From a virus (lineage: Duplodnaviria; Caudoviricetes), in the IMG/VR virus record IMGVR_UViG_3300006947_000012, positions 1 through 58,068 of that record: a stretch of DNA of 58,068 bases. The stretch is one strand, 5' to 3'. Shown in pieces: positions 49,866 through 58,068 of this stretch (position 1 is its first letter; each line of letters opens with the position of its first letter). The position numbers and the translations under genes were made by a program. Below the pieces are notes generated by a model that had not been told where the DNA came from, did no database searches, and saw nothing but the letters and a program-made list of their open reading frames with translations.

Positions 49866-52235
49866 TTATTGCTTTATATTAGGTATTATAGGCCTATTTA
49901 TAGCTGTATTATCACTAGGTGCCTCTAGTGATTTCTTTATATAATCCTCTATTGTAGGAGCATTAGATTCTAACTCTTGCTCTTCCTTTTGTTTTCGTTC
50001 TTCTGCCTTCTTAGCTTTGAACGCTTGCGCTTTAGAATATTCACCATCTCCTGCATTATCGTCATGGTAATCTACATTAATATCTTCACTGTTCTTTAAA
50101 ACATTGTTAGCGTAGTCTCTATCTCCTTTTTTTAAATACTCTAGAACAGAATGATTAGCATCAACCTTTCCATATAAATAAGGACTTTTATGCATAGTAG
50201 ATATTACATATTGTAATGGAACTCCTGCAATAGTATTAGTTTTTGGGTCGTACTCTTTATGTTTTTTTGCTTTCTCTGTGTAAGATAGTACTTGAAGTGT
50301 AATAGCATTAAATGATTTATCTATAAAATTATCTGCCCCAAAATCAAGATTCTCTTCAGTGATGTTCATTCCTTTATACCATTGACCTACTTTATTTAAG
50401 TGTCCAGTAACATGATCCTTAGTTTGCATCTCAAATTTAATTCTACCTGCACCTATACTTGTTTCATCAGTTTTAGGAGCTGCTATATAATCAAACGCAG
50501 AAAGACTTCCACTTTCTATAAATTTATCTGCTCTACCTAGACCAGTAGCCACGGTAGCTAATAGCTCAGCATTAATATTATTTTTAGCAAATTCTTTAGC
50601 GCCTCCTTTAAGCATTTGATACCAATTCCCAGTTTCATTTTTAAAAATCCCATAAGCTAAACGACTAGCATCAACAACTGCCTCTTTAGAATGCCCAGTA
50701 GTATTAGCCATCTGATCTACATTAGCATTTATAGTATTTACAAATCTAGTTGCAAAGTATTCTTTAGGGTGAAGTGGATTATTACTTTTTGTTAGATTAC
50801 TTGATAATTTGTCTGTTTTATTAGAATTATATATGTAGTGATCTTTTAAATTTGGTTTTCTATTTTTAGTTCCTTTTGCTCTTGTTATTGCATCTATTTT
50901 ATAATCTCCTAAACTAGGATGATTCTTTAAAGCAATTTCATTTATTTTATCTACTTCCATTTTATCTCCTCCTCCATGCATAATTAAAGGCAGGCCTGTA
51001 GTCTCATCTCTCCCAATGATAAATCCAACATGTTCTGTAGATCTATTCATATCAACAGTATAACCTGAATCACTTTCTTTATCTGCTTTGTCTCCTCCTC
51101 TTCTATTTAAATGTACTAAATCTCCTATTTGTAAATTCTTCCAAATTTCTACTGGAGGTAGATCGGGTAGTTTAGACCAAGCTCCTTTTGCTTTAGAATC
51201 ACTTACTCCCCATAATTTTTCTCCACCTAACTCAACAACATGCTTTGCTCTATACCAAGCGTCTTCAGGACCTAAGTCATCTCTTTGAACGCCAGGAAAT
51301 AAGTCCATTAACATATTAGTTGCCTGTTCAGAACATCCACTTCCTTGTTGACATATCTCTTGCATCTTACCTTCATATATTGGAAGGTTATTTAAATTCT
51401 TAGAAGACCATTCTGAAAAAGCTGCAGTTGTTTTAGGACCCCAATCACCATCTACTCCATTACCGTTATCTCCAGAAGTACCTAAATCATATTTACTATC
51501 TACTAACATTTTCTGTATATCCACTGTATTACTAGTTTGTCTGTACAATAACTGCTTTATCTCAGGTTGTAGTTTATTTTCACTGTTAGCAGGATCTTTT
51601 TTATAAATCTCTTGTACATCTGCTGTCTGCTTAGCATCTAGTCCGCCTATATTAGCGGGAACATCAGCATCAAAAACTATCTGCTCTTTAATAGCGTTAT
51701 AAGATGTACTACCTTTCTTAGGCTGTATCCATTCCCCTGAAGCAGCATTTTCACCTACAGCTTTTTTCCTAGTAAGAATATTACCATCACCTTGTTTTGC
51801 ATATTCCCAAGGATCGCTTTGTGTGCTTACAATATTTAATGTAGACTCATCTATCACTCCTGGTATCCCTCCTTCTGCATATTTTTTAAATCCTCCTTTC
51901 TCTGCTTGTTGTTTAGGTTGACGTTTATATGTAGGATCTTCTATAAAAGACATTAACGCACTATGTTTAGGTAATGTTTCATGATCAGAAGTCATATGAG
52001 TTGAACCATTTATATTCCCATCAAAATTAGGAGTCGGTGTAATATTATTACTAATTACTACAGAATCTAAATCTAATTTATAATCTGATTTCTTTTCTGA
52101 TACATCTGGTTCTGGAACTTCTCCAAATATACCATTAGTTTGCGCCTCAGTAAATAGTTCTTCGTAATCTCCTGCATAACCATTTGCTTGAGCTACTTTT
52201 ACTATGCGTGATTTTTGACTGTTAGTTAGAGGCAT
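49866..52235 (-). CDS. Putative virion-associated peptidoglycan hydrolase (PG-binding + NlpC/P60-like + possible lysozyme-like), 789 aa
   Basis: IQKMLVDSKYDLG...GVDGDWGPKT (PG-binding); GCSEQA...GDLV...HVGFI...IMHGG (Cys-His-His); GIFKNETG; KYAEGG tag. Confidence 0.6.
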   Translation of the reverse strand: MPLTNSQKSRIVKVAQANGYAGDYEELFTEAQTNGIFGEVPEPDVSEKKSDYKLDLDSVVISNNITPTPNFDGNINGSTHMTSDHETLPKHSALMSFIEDPTYKRQPKQQAEKGGFKKYAEGGIPGVIDESTLNIVSTQSDPWEYAKQGDGNILTRKKAVGENAASGEWIQPKKGSTSYNAIKEQIVFDADVPANIGGLDAKQTADVQEIYKKDPANSENKLQPEIKQLLYRQTSNTVDIQKMLVDSKYDLGTSGDNGNGVDGDWGPKTTAAFSEWSSKNLNNLPIYEGKMQEICQQGSGCSEQATNMLMDLFPGVQRDDLGPEDAWYRAKHVVELGGEKLWGVSDSKAKGAWSKLPDLPPVEIWKNLQIGDLVHLNRRGGDKADKESDSGYTVDMNRSTEHVGFIIGRDETTGLPLIMHGGGDKMEVDKINEIALKNHPSLGDYKIDAITRAKGTKNRKPNLKDHYIYNSNKTDKLSSNLTKSNNPLHPKEYFATRFVNTINANVDQMANTTGHSKEAVVDASRLAYGIFKNETGNWYQMLKGGAKEFAKNNINAELLATVATGLGRADKFIESGSLSAFDYIAAPKTDETSIGAGRIKFEMQTKDHVTGHLNKVGQWYKGMNITEENLDFGADNFIDKSFNAITLQVLSYTEKAKKHKEYDPKTNTIAGVPLQYVISTMHKSPYLYGKVDANHSVLEYLKKGDRDYANNVLKNSEDINVDYHDDNAGDGEYSKAQAFKAKKAEERKQKEEQELESNAPTIEDYIKKSLEAPSDNTAINRPIIPNIKQ

Positions 52236-54549
52236 TATTTTGTTTTGATTTAATCATTGCTGCTATCTTTTGTTCCTCAACAGCGTTATCTTCTTTATTC
52301 ATAGCTCTGTCAGCATCTATCTTCTTATGATCAACTTGTACTTGTTTATTGTTGTTTGAATTTTGATCATCATCAGCTTGAGCTTTTCTTCTAGACTCTA
52401 CTTGATCTAAACCTGCTTTCAAGTTAGAAGCATTGATTGTAGTCTCTGATTGTATTAAAGCTACTTCAATTTTATTACGTCTATCTTTATCATTCTCACC
52501 AGCTTCAAATTGCATTTTCTCTTGCTGTACTTGTATTTGTTTCTCTGCCTGTGCGTTCTGAGCTTCTTGTTGTGCTTGCTCTAATTGCTGAGTAATTTTC
52601 TCAGCTTTAGCTATCTTACCCTTAATTTGAGTAAAACTATCTGAATCAATAGCTTCAGCCACAATAGAAGCAGGTACACCATTCTGTATCATAGATTGCG
52701 CTAACATTTCTACTTTAGATTTCTTCTCTAAGTCTGCCCCAGCATCAGTAACAAATATACCATACTCAGATTCCATATGATCTAATGGATTAACTTTTAA
52801 GAACTCAACGGCACCATCAGGCATAACATAAGATGTTTTCTTTCCAGAAACCCAAGCTAATTTAGAATAATCTAAAAGAGCTTGTAAATCTTTCTCTTCT
52901 AATGATCCTATCTTTCTAAAGTAATCTTCTGTAATATGAGAAGATTGCATAATAGCTTGTTGTGTAATTCCTTTACCTTCATATTGACCAGTCTGACCTT
53001 GTCTTTGTCTATTAACTCCAGACAATCTTTCCCACTCACTTAATATAGAATCTAATAATAATACATACTGCTGTATAGTCTTAATAGATAAATCCATAAC
53101 ATTTTGATGCTGTGGATTTAATTGCATTCCTTCTTTGTTATAATCTACCCAAGCAATACCAATTGCATCAATGTAGTACATAAACTTATCCATATCCCAT
53201 TTCTTAGGAATCATATTAATATCAAACTGAGCTATAATATCTTTAGATTTAGCAATTGCTATTTCTAATCTATATTTATATATATTATAATTTATTTGAT
53301 ACGCTACCCCAAGCTGTACTAGTGATACATTGTCAGAATTAATCTCTGAGTATTTAATACCATTAATAGGTAACTTACATAAAGAAGGATTATTTAAAGA
53401 TCTTCTTTGATTTTCTACAGGTCCTACCTTACAAAATATTGTAGAACCTATTCTTGTTCCTTGATACACTTCTGGAACCCATTCATATTCTACATAGCCG
53501 CCTTGATCTTTAATCTCTTTTGGTAGTTTATATGCATCTGGTATCTCTACTACTTCCATATCTCCTGTCTCAGGATCTGGATAATGTAAGAATCCTACTC
53601 TAGAAATAGATTTCCAATATACAGTTATAACTTCTATAAGCCTAGACCTACCTCCTCTTTGTCTTCCGTTGTCTGGGTTTGACCCATACAATAAAAATGA
53701 TCCATCATCAAATTCTTCTGGCCTTTCTAAAGTATCAATATCTGCTTCTGTTAAAAATTCTCTATAAGTATCTACAATACTACTAACATGTGAGTCTCTT
53801 CTTGTTAAAGCCCAATCACCATCTTCAATAAAATCAATATCCGGATCTTTATCATAATCAACATCTAGTGGATTTAATACATCATAAAATACTTCACTGT
53901 TTACAACACCTCTATGAGTATATGCTTCACCAGAAACTAAGAAATGAAACCAAAGTTTTTGAAACTTATTATGAATATTATTATTATACATAATATAACT
54001 AAGAGATTGCTGTCCTATAGCAGCTCTTTTATCTACATATGACATATCAAACTGTTCTGCTATATGTTGTGGTAATTCTACTTCTTGACTTGGAGACCCT
54101 GTAGGAGGAGCTCCTTCAGTTTCATTCATTCTATTAATGAACATTTGCTCCATAGCTTGTTTTACTTTTGCTTTTTTCTGCTCTTCTTTCATGGAGACTG
54201 AGTCCGCATTAGCAACAGCTACAGTATAATTTAAAGGACGTTTTGTTTTCTCACCTAATAATAGATCTACGATTGGCTTTATTATAGGATAATTACGAAT
54301 CTTTGAAGGAAAGTTATTCCTCGCTTTGCCATAGGGCTTTAAAACATAACGATAATCTTCATCTAAAATGTGTCCATTATAGAAATCATATAATGCTTGT
54401 ATGTTACTTCTGCGTGACCCAAAACCTCCAACATCAGACAAACTGATGTAAGCTTGTACACATTGTTTTGCCCATTCTTTATTTTTTTTAGATGTGGGTA
54501 TTTTTTGTTTTGGTATACTATGAGTAGTCGTATCTGTATGTATTTTCAT
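52222..54549 (-). CDS. Portal protein, 775 aa
   Basis: LYDFYNG, NYPIIKPIVDLLLGE, VYWKS, CKLP, SGVNRQRQGQ motifs; coiled-coil C-terminus; follows terminase. Confidence 0.9.
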   Translation of the reverse strand: MKIHTDTTTHSIPKQKIPTSKKNKEWAKQCVQAYISLSDVGGFGSRRSNIQALYDFYNGHILDEDYRYVLKPYGKARNNFPSKIRNYPIIKPIVDLLLGEKTKRPLNYTVAVANADSVSMKEEQKKAKVKQAMEQMFINRMNETEGAPPTGSPSQEVELPQHIAEQFDMSYVDKRAAIGQQSLSYIMYNNNIHNKFQKLWFHFLVSGEAYTHRGVVNSEVFYDVLNPLDVDYDKDPDIDFIEDGDWALTRRDSHVSSIVDTYREFLTEADIDTLERPEEFDDGSFLLYGSNPDNGRQRGGRSRLIEVITVYWKSISRVGFLHYPDPETGDMEVVEIPDAYKLPKEIKDQGGYVEYEWVPEVYQGTRIGSTIFCKVGPVENQRRSLNNPSLCKLPINGIKYSEINSDNVSLVQLGVAYQINYNIYKYRLEIAIAKSKDIIAQFDINMIPKKWDMDKFMYYIDAIGIAWVDYNKEGMQLNPQHQNVMDLSIKTIQQYVLLLDSILSEWERLSGVNRQRQGQTGQYEGKGITQQAIMQSSHITEDYFRKIGSLEEKDLQALLDYSKLAWVSGKKTSYVMPDGAVEFLKVNPLDHMESEYGIFVTDAGADLEKKSKVEMLAQSMIQNGVPASIVAEAIDSDSFTQIKGKIAKAEKITQQLEQAQQEAQNAQAEKQIQVQQEKMQFEAGENDKDRRNKIEVALIQSETTINASNLKAGLDQVESRRKAQADDDQNSNNNKQVQVDHKKIDADRAMNKEDNAVEEQKIAAMIKSKQNNASN

Positions 54550-54552
54550 ATG

Positions 54553-56523
54553 TTAAAAGTATTGTCTATTAAAAAAGTCATCTTGTGCCCTATCTTTGTA
54601 AATATCAGTTACCTCAGCATTATACAATTCTCTTGTATGATACATACCAATCATTAACGCCATGACACGGTCAAAGTTTCCTTTATGGTTAAATTTAAGT
54701 AATTCTTGTATGAGTGCTGGGTCATAAATCTTTTGCAAATTTAAGAATTTTTTTCCAGTATCGTCTACCCCCCGAAGTGAATTTAGCCAATCTCTTATAT
54801 ATATCTCACCTTGGTGCTTCCTAGCCTCTGTCATATGCATGCCATACGTACGTCTAACACGTCTAGATTGCAGTTCTTTCTTGTCTAACATCTCAAATTC
54901 AGGCTGTAGTCTGTGCAGCTTTCTATGTCTTTTTGCGTATGCTATTATCTCACCTCTATCATTCTCAAATCCTATCTTACAATTATAATAATCTGCAAGC
55001 ATAAATAGATTTCTATTGTAATCATCTTGTGTTTTAGGTCTACCAACATAAGAAGCTACAATCATATCGTCAGGTTGTGATAAATTATTAGGTCTCTTTA
55101 ATACATATGCTGCTCCTAACGAGGAGGAGTCTGCTGATTGATTCTGACCATATGGATCATGACATATCACATATAAATTATGAGGTGTTTCATCTTGTGT
55201 GTTTCTATATGGTGATTCATATATAACTATAGATCCTGTATTATCATCATCTTTTCTGTGAGGAAATTTTAGTATAGGGTGTGCAGAGTAGTCTGGTTTA
55301 AATTCTACTTTATCTTTTTTATAATAAAATCTTCCTGGAGTTCCTTTAGTATGTAAATTATTAGCTTTAATATTATTATAATGTTCTTGTAAAGATGCTA
55401 CATCAAATAAATTAGCTGTAACTTGTAACGTAGCTTCTTGTGGAGAAAAAGGATGTTCTGCTATATACTGATCTAATGATTTTGCATCAGCCGCCCCTTT
55501 CTTCTTATCTCTCATTCCTTTCTCATACTCTACAGCGTCACCTTTAATAGAGTTTCCATCTTCATCTATAAAACCATCTAAATTCTTTTGTATAGGTATA
55601 AAATATCCACATCTTGTGCCTGTAGCACCTGCATCCCATACATTCTCATAGTCCATACAATCATATGCTGCAGGGTTATAAAATATTTCTTCCATCGCCT
55701 CAAAATCAGCGCCTTCTGTACCACCTGTACCAAAAGCAATCATCATACCTAATGTTTTTGCTCCTTGCCTCATTGTTGGCATTGTTACCTCCCAAGCTTT
55801 GAGTAGTCCGGGGAAAGAACCAGCTTCCTCAAAGAAAACTAGTTCTCCCGCCTTTCCCCTCACCTTGTCTGGAGCATCCTTTAAAGATACCCCCATTATC
55901 TGGGATTTCATACCCATCTCTATTTCAATACCGTTTACTTTCTTTTTATACCCAGACATCTTGCTCATCTCTCTATCTCTTAATCTAGGTTGTGCCCATG
56001 CTGTATTATCATCTATAAAAGATAAAAACTCCCACGCTTTAGATAGAAGTCCGTCACCAATTAAATATTCTTTTTGTCCTGCAAATACAAAGTTTTTAGA
56101 GTTCTTTACAAAGAAGTAGTTACGAGCTAACATAGACCCTGCTTTATAAGAGTACCCTTTACGCCTAGCTTTAAGTACAATCATATGTTTATTGCTCGCC
56201 CTTGCTTTGTCTATCTCTTGGAAGTACTCCCAATCACCATCATAAAATCTAGGGAAAGTTCTTTCACGTCTAGATTGTATTGTACCGTCAGGTAATGTTT
56301 CATCTACAGCTCTGTCAATAGGACAATAATTTAAATAAAAATAATGGAAGCCTGTAACATGTAATTCATCTATTGTATACCCATACATACATCTTTTAGT
56401 CTCTTCATCCCAAAAGTCGTAATACCCTTTAGTATTAGGAAGAGTATCAGTATAATAACCATTCTGCTCAAAAAAATACGCAGCTGGGCGTATCCTATTT
56501 ATATCCTTAAACTGTTCGGACAT
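54553..56523 (-). CDS. terL: Terminase large subunit, 656 aa
   Basis: ITG-like VTGFHYFYLN, Walker A LKARRKGYS, Walker B FFEEAG, FGTGG, nuclease HDPY / FENDRG / NFDRVMA. Confidence 0.93.
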   Translation of the reverse strand: MSEQFKDINRIRPAAYFFEQNGYYTDTLPNTKGYYDFWDEETKRCMYGYTIDELHVTGFHYFYLNYCPIDRAVDETLPDGTIQSRRERTFPRFYDGDWEYFQEIDKARASNKHMIVLKARRKGYSYKAGSMLARNYFFVKNSKNFVFAGQKEYLIGDGLLSKAWEFLSFIDDNTAWAQPRLRDREMSKMSGYKKKVNGIEIEMGMKSQIMGVSLKDAPDKVRGKAGELVFFEEAGSFPGLLKAWEVTMPTMRQGAKTLGMMIAFGTGGTEGADFEAMEEIFYNPAAYDCMDYENVWDAGATGTRCGYFIPIQKNLDGFIDEDGNSIKGDAVEYEKGMRDKKKGAADAKSLDQYIAEHPFSPQEATLQVTANLFDVASLQEHYNNIKANNLHTKGTPGRFYYKKDKVEFKPDYSAHPILKFPHRKDDDNTGSIVIYESPYRNTQDETPHNLYVICHDPYGQNQSADSSSLGAAYVLKRPNNLSQPDDMIVASYVGRPKTQDDYNRNLFMLADYYNCKIGFENDRGEIIAYAKRHRKLHRLQPEFEMLDKKELQSRRVRRTYGMHMTEARKHQGEIYIRDWLNSLRGVDDTGKKFLNLQKIYDPALIQELLKFNHKGNFDRVMALMIGMYHTRELYNAEVTDIYKDRAQDDFFNRQYF

Positions 56524-56798
56524 GTATCTTTAATCTTTATTAATTCAGAACATTTTTCATACTCTTCTGTTGATGTAAAATACTCTACAAGAATATCTAT
56601 CATATCAGCAGTTCTGCCATCTTCTTCCATAGGGTTAAAAGGTAAAGGATATGAATCTATATCATCACCTTCTAACTCATAATAAATATCATCTAAAGTT
56701 CTTCTTTTAGTTATAATATTAAAAGCATTCTTCATAGCTATTTCATATAACTCTAGATCATCTTCATAATTTTTTTGATTTTCTTTCCATTCTTCCAT
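56499..56798 (-). CDS. Small acidic protein with UVR-like helix pair, 99 aa
   Basis: YFTSTEEYEKCSELIK resembles the UvrB/UvrC (UVR) motif; TAATG coupling. Confidence 0.55.
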   Translation of the reverse strand: MEEWKENQKNYEDDLELYEIAMKNAFNIITKRRTLDDIYYELEGDDIDSYPLPFNPMEEDGRTADMIDILVEYFTSTEEYEKCSELIKIKDTCPNSLRI

Positions 56799-57310
56799 TA
56801 CATACTATATTTATTTACTTCAACTCCTCCTCTGTTACTATTATTTGCTTGCTCTTCTTTTCGTACTATATCTTCTAATCTAGCTAATCCATCTACTACT
56901 TTTCCCATATTAGATAAGTTTGCAATTAAATCTTTAGCGTGGAATATAGGTTTACCATTATCATCCATCATAGTTAGGTCTATATCTCCAAAGTACTTTT
57001 CTAATTTAATAACAGACCCTCTAGCTGCTTTTAATAATTTTACTGCTGAGGTTTCTAATAGTTCTTCATACTTAGAGCACGCTGCATCTATCTTAGAACT
57101 TTCTTTCCATGCTTTAGCAAAGATACCATTTTTTACTTCAGTTTTACGTTCTTCCCATTCATAAACAGCATATGGAGATCTATAATCAACCATAAAGTAT
57201 ACATAAGCTAATTCCTGAGCTGTTAACGGTCTGAATTCTATTATTAACTTAGCGTATGGAGATGGTACTGCTTTGTTATCTACAATTATTAAAAGGTCCT
57301 TAGTGCGCAT
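56798..57310 (-). CDS. Conserved helical protein, terminase small subunit candidate, 170 aa
   Basis: ELAYVYFMVDYRSPY, C-terminal RGG; two genes upstream of terL; function inferred. Confidence 0.5.
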   Translation of the reverse strand: MRTKDLLIIVDNKAVPSPYAKLIIEFRPLTAQELAYVYFMVDYRSPYAVYEWEERKTEVKNGIFAKAWKESSKIDAACSKYEELLETSAVKLLKAARGSVIKLEKYFGDIDLTMMDDNGKPIFHAKDLIANLSNMGKVVDGLARLEDIVRKEEQANNSNRGGVEVNKYSM

Positions 57311-57538
57311 TTATTTTTTAGCATTTGTTAAATCTGTTATATATTTTACTCTATTCTTATTTACTGAAAACTTACCAAAATAAGGAAGTCGTACTGTCTC
57401 AAATTTACCAATACTCATAACTTCTGAGACAAATTTAAATTGATAAGTTACTATACGTTCTATATCTTTTAAAGGTTTTTCATGTTTATTCGCTAGATAA
57501 TAAATTATCTCTTGTTTATTTTTTACTGCTGCCATCAT
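57311..57538 (-). CDS. HU/IHF-like DNA-binding protein
   Basis: KQEIIYYLA...IERIV...ETVRLPYFGKFSV matches the HU pattern VxLxxFGxF; start 57538/57535 preferred to 57577. Confidence 0.7.
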   Translation of the reverse strand: MMAAVKNKQEIIYYLANKHEKPLKDIERIVTYQFKFVSEVMSIGKFETVRLPYFGKFSVNKNRVKYITDLTNAKK

Positions 57539-57944
57539 CTTCTTTTTTAATTGCGGCATGAAGTTTAATTTCTTCAATATTTTTTTTAAATCCTCCTTTC
57601 ATTTTAAGTTTAAGTTCAGCTGCTCTAGCCTCCGATCCTGCCCTCTCCGCCGCTGCAGACGCTTCCACTAATACCTTCTCCTCCTCTTTAGTAAGCACTA
57701 GCTTATTCCAGCGTTTAGGATTATCTGCACACTCTGATGTTTTCCATCCTGCTTTTACAGGCATATGACACCCACATAAACCGCAAGATTTATTTTCTGT
57801 AAAATGCTCACATGACACACATATAGATATTCTTTCTTCATATTCTTCTGAAGAAGTTAGTGGTGCTCCTTGTTTAATAAAATTTACAGACTCTTTAGCA
57901 AAGTTCTGTACCATTTTTAATATAGATGGTTTCTTTTGTTTCAT
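57516..57944 (-). CDS. Cys-rich putative metal-binding protein (DUF6171-like)
   Basis: ERISICVSC...CGLCGC...K...EC...W pattern; ATG at 57944. Confidence 0.65.
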   Translation of the reverse strand: MKQKKPSILKMVQNFAKESVNFIKQGAPLTSSEEYEERISICVSCEHFTENKSCGLCGCHMPVKAGWKTSECADNPKRWNKLVLTKEEEKVLVEASAAAERAGSEARAAELKLKMKGGFKKNIEEIKLHAAIKKEDDGSSKK

Positions 57945-58068
57945 TTTCAATATTTTCTAAAATTATACGTTCACATTCTCCTGTAAATGATTGATGTATT
58001 ACAAAATATAAATCATCATTGTAAGGATAAACTAATATTAAGCTGTCTTCAGTTTCGCTTGATATTGA
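57895..58068 (-). CDS. Partial hypothetical ORF entering from the right edge
   Basis: Frame open from 58068 (SISSETEDSLILVYPY...) to TAA at 57895-57897; start outside window. Confidence 0.4.
   Translation of the reverse strand, partial: SISSETEDSLILVYPYNDDLYFVIHQSFTGECERIILENIENETKETIYIKNGTELC

Noticed and set aside
47244-56523. Introns or inteins in terminase, portal or MCP
   Set aside because: ORFs are continuous with ordinary sizes; no intein ends or homing endonuclease motifs seen.
3842-57164. Plus-strand ORFs of 60-130 aa in the track
   Set aside because: All lie antisense to long motif-bearing minus-strand genes, and none has a recognisable motif; shadow ORFs.
1-58068. Stop-codon reassignment, known in some crAss-like phages
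   Set aside because: Core genes are full length under the standard code and tile tightly; TAG ends the holin (22262) and Cys-repeat (23679) genes at sensible positions.
1-58068. tRNA, rRNA, integrase or transposase
   Set aside because: Intergenic gaps are short, and no cloverleaf or recombinase motifs were recognised by eye.

Overview
AT-rich, gene-dense window in which every credible gene lies on the minus strand. It reads as the virion morphogenesis arm of a crAss-like (Crassvirales) podophage. In transcription order (high to low coordinate): small Zn-binding and HU/IHF-like genes, terminase large subunit, portal, a putative virion peptidoglycan hydrolase, scaffold-like protein, major capsid protein, ring and auxiliary capsid proteins, a 2744-aa SprB-repeat protein, tail fibres, a four-gene envelope-targeted cassette (beta-barrel, single-TM protein, CxxC-less thioredoxin fold, Cys-repeat protein with a T9SS-like C-terminus), M15 endolysin, 3TM holin, metallophosphoesterase, ring proteins, muzzle, three cargo-like proteins, and a >2794-aa polyvalent protein (membrane segment, SF1 helicase, zincin) that runs off the left edge and is missing from the ORF track. 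TAnnTTTG promoter elements, A-rich SD-less starts and Gln after signal peptides point to a Bacteroidota (probably Flavobacteriia) host. Best leads: the envelope/T9SS-like cassette, a shared '[K/E]YxxGG' tag on cargo proteins, the SprB-repeat giant protein, and a probable ATT start codon. All calls rest on motif recognition and synteny by eye; no searches were run.
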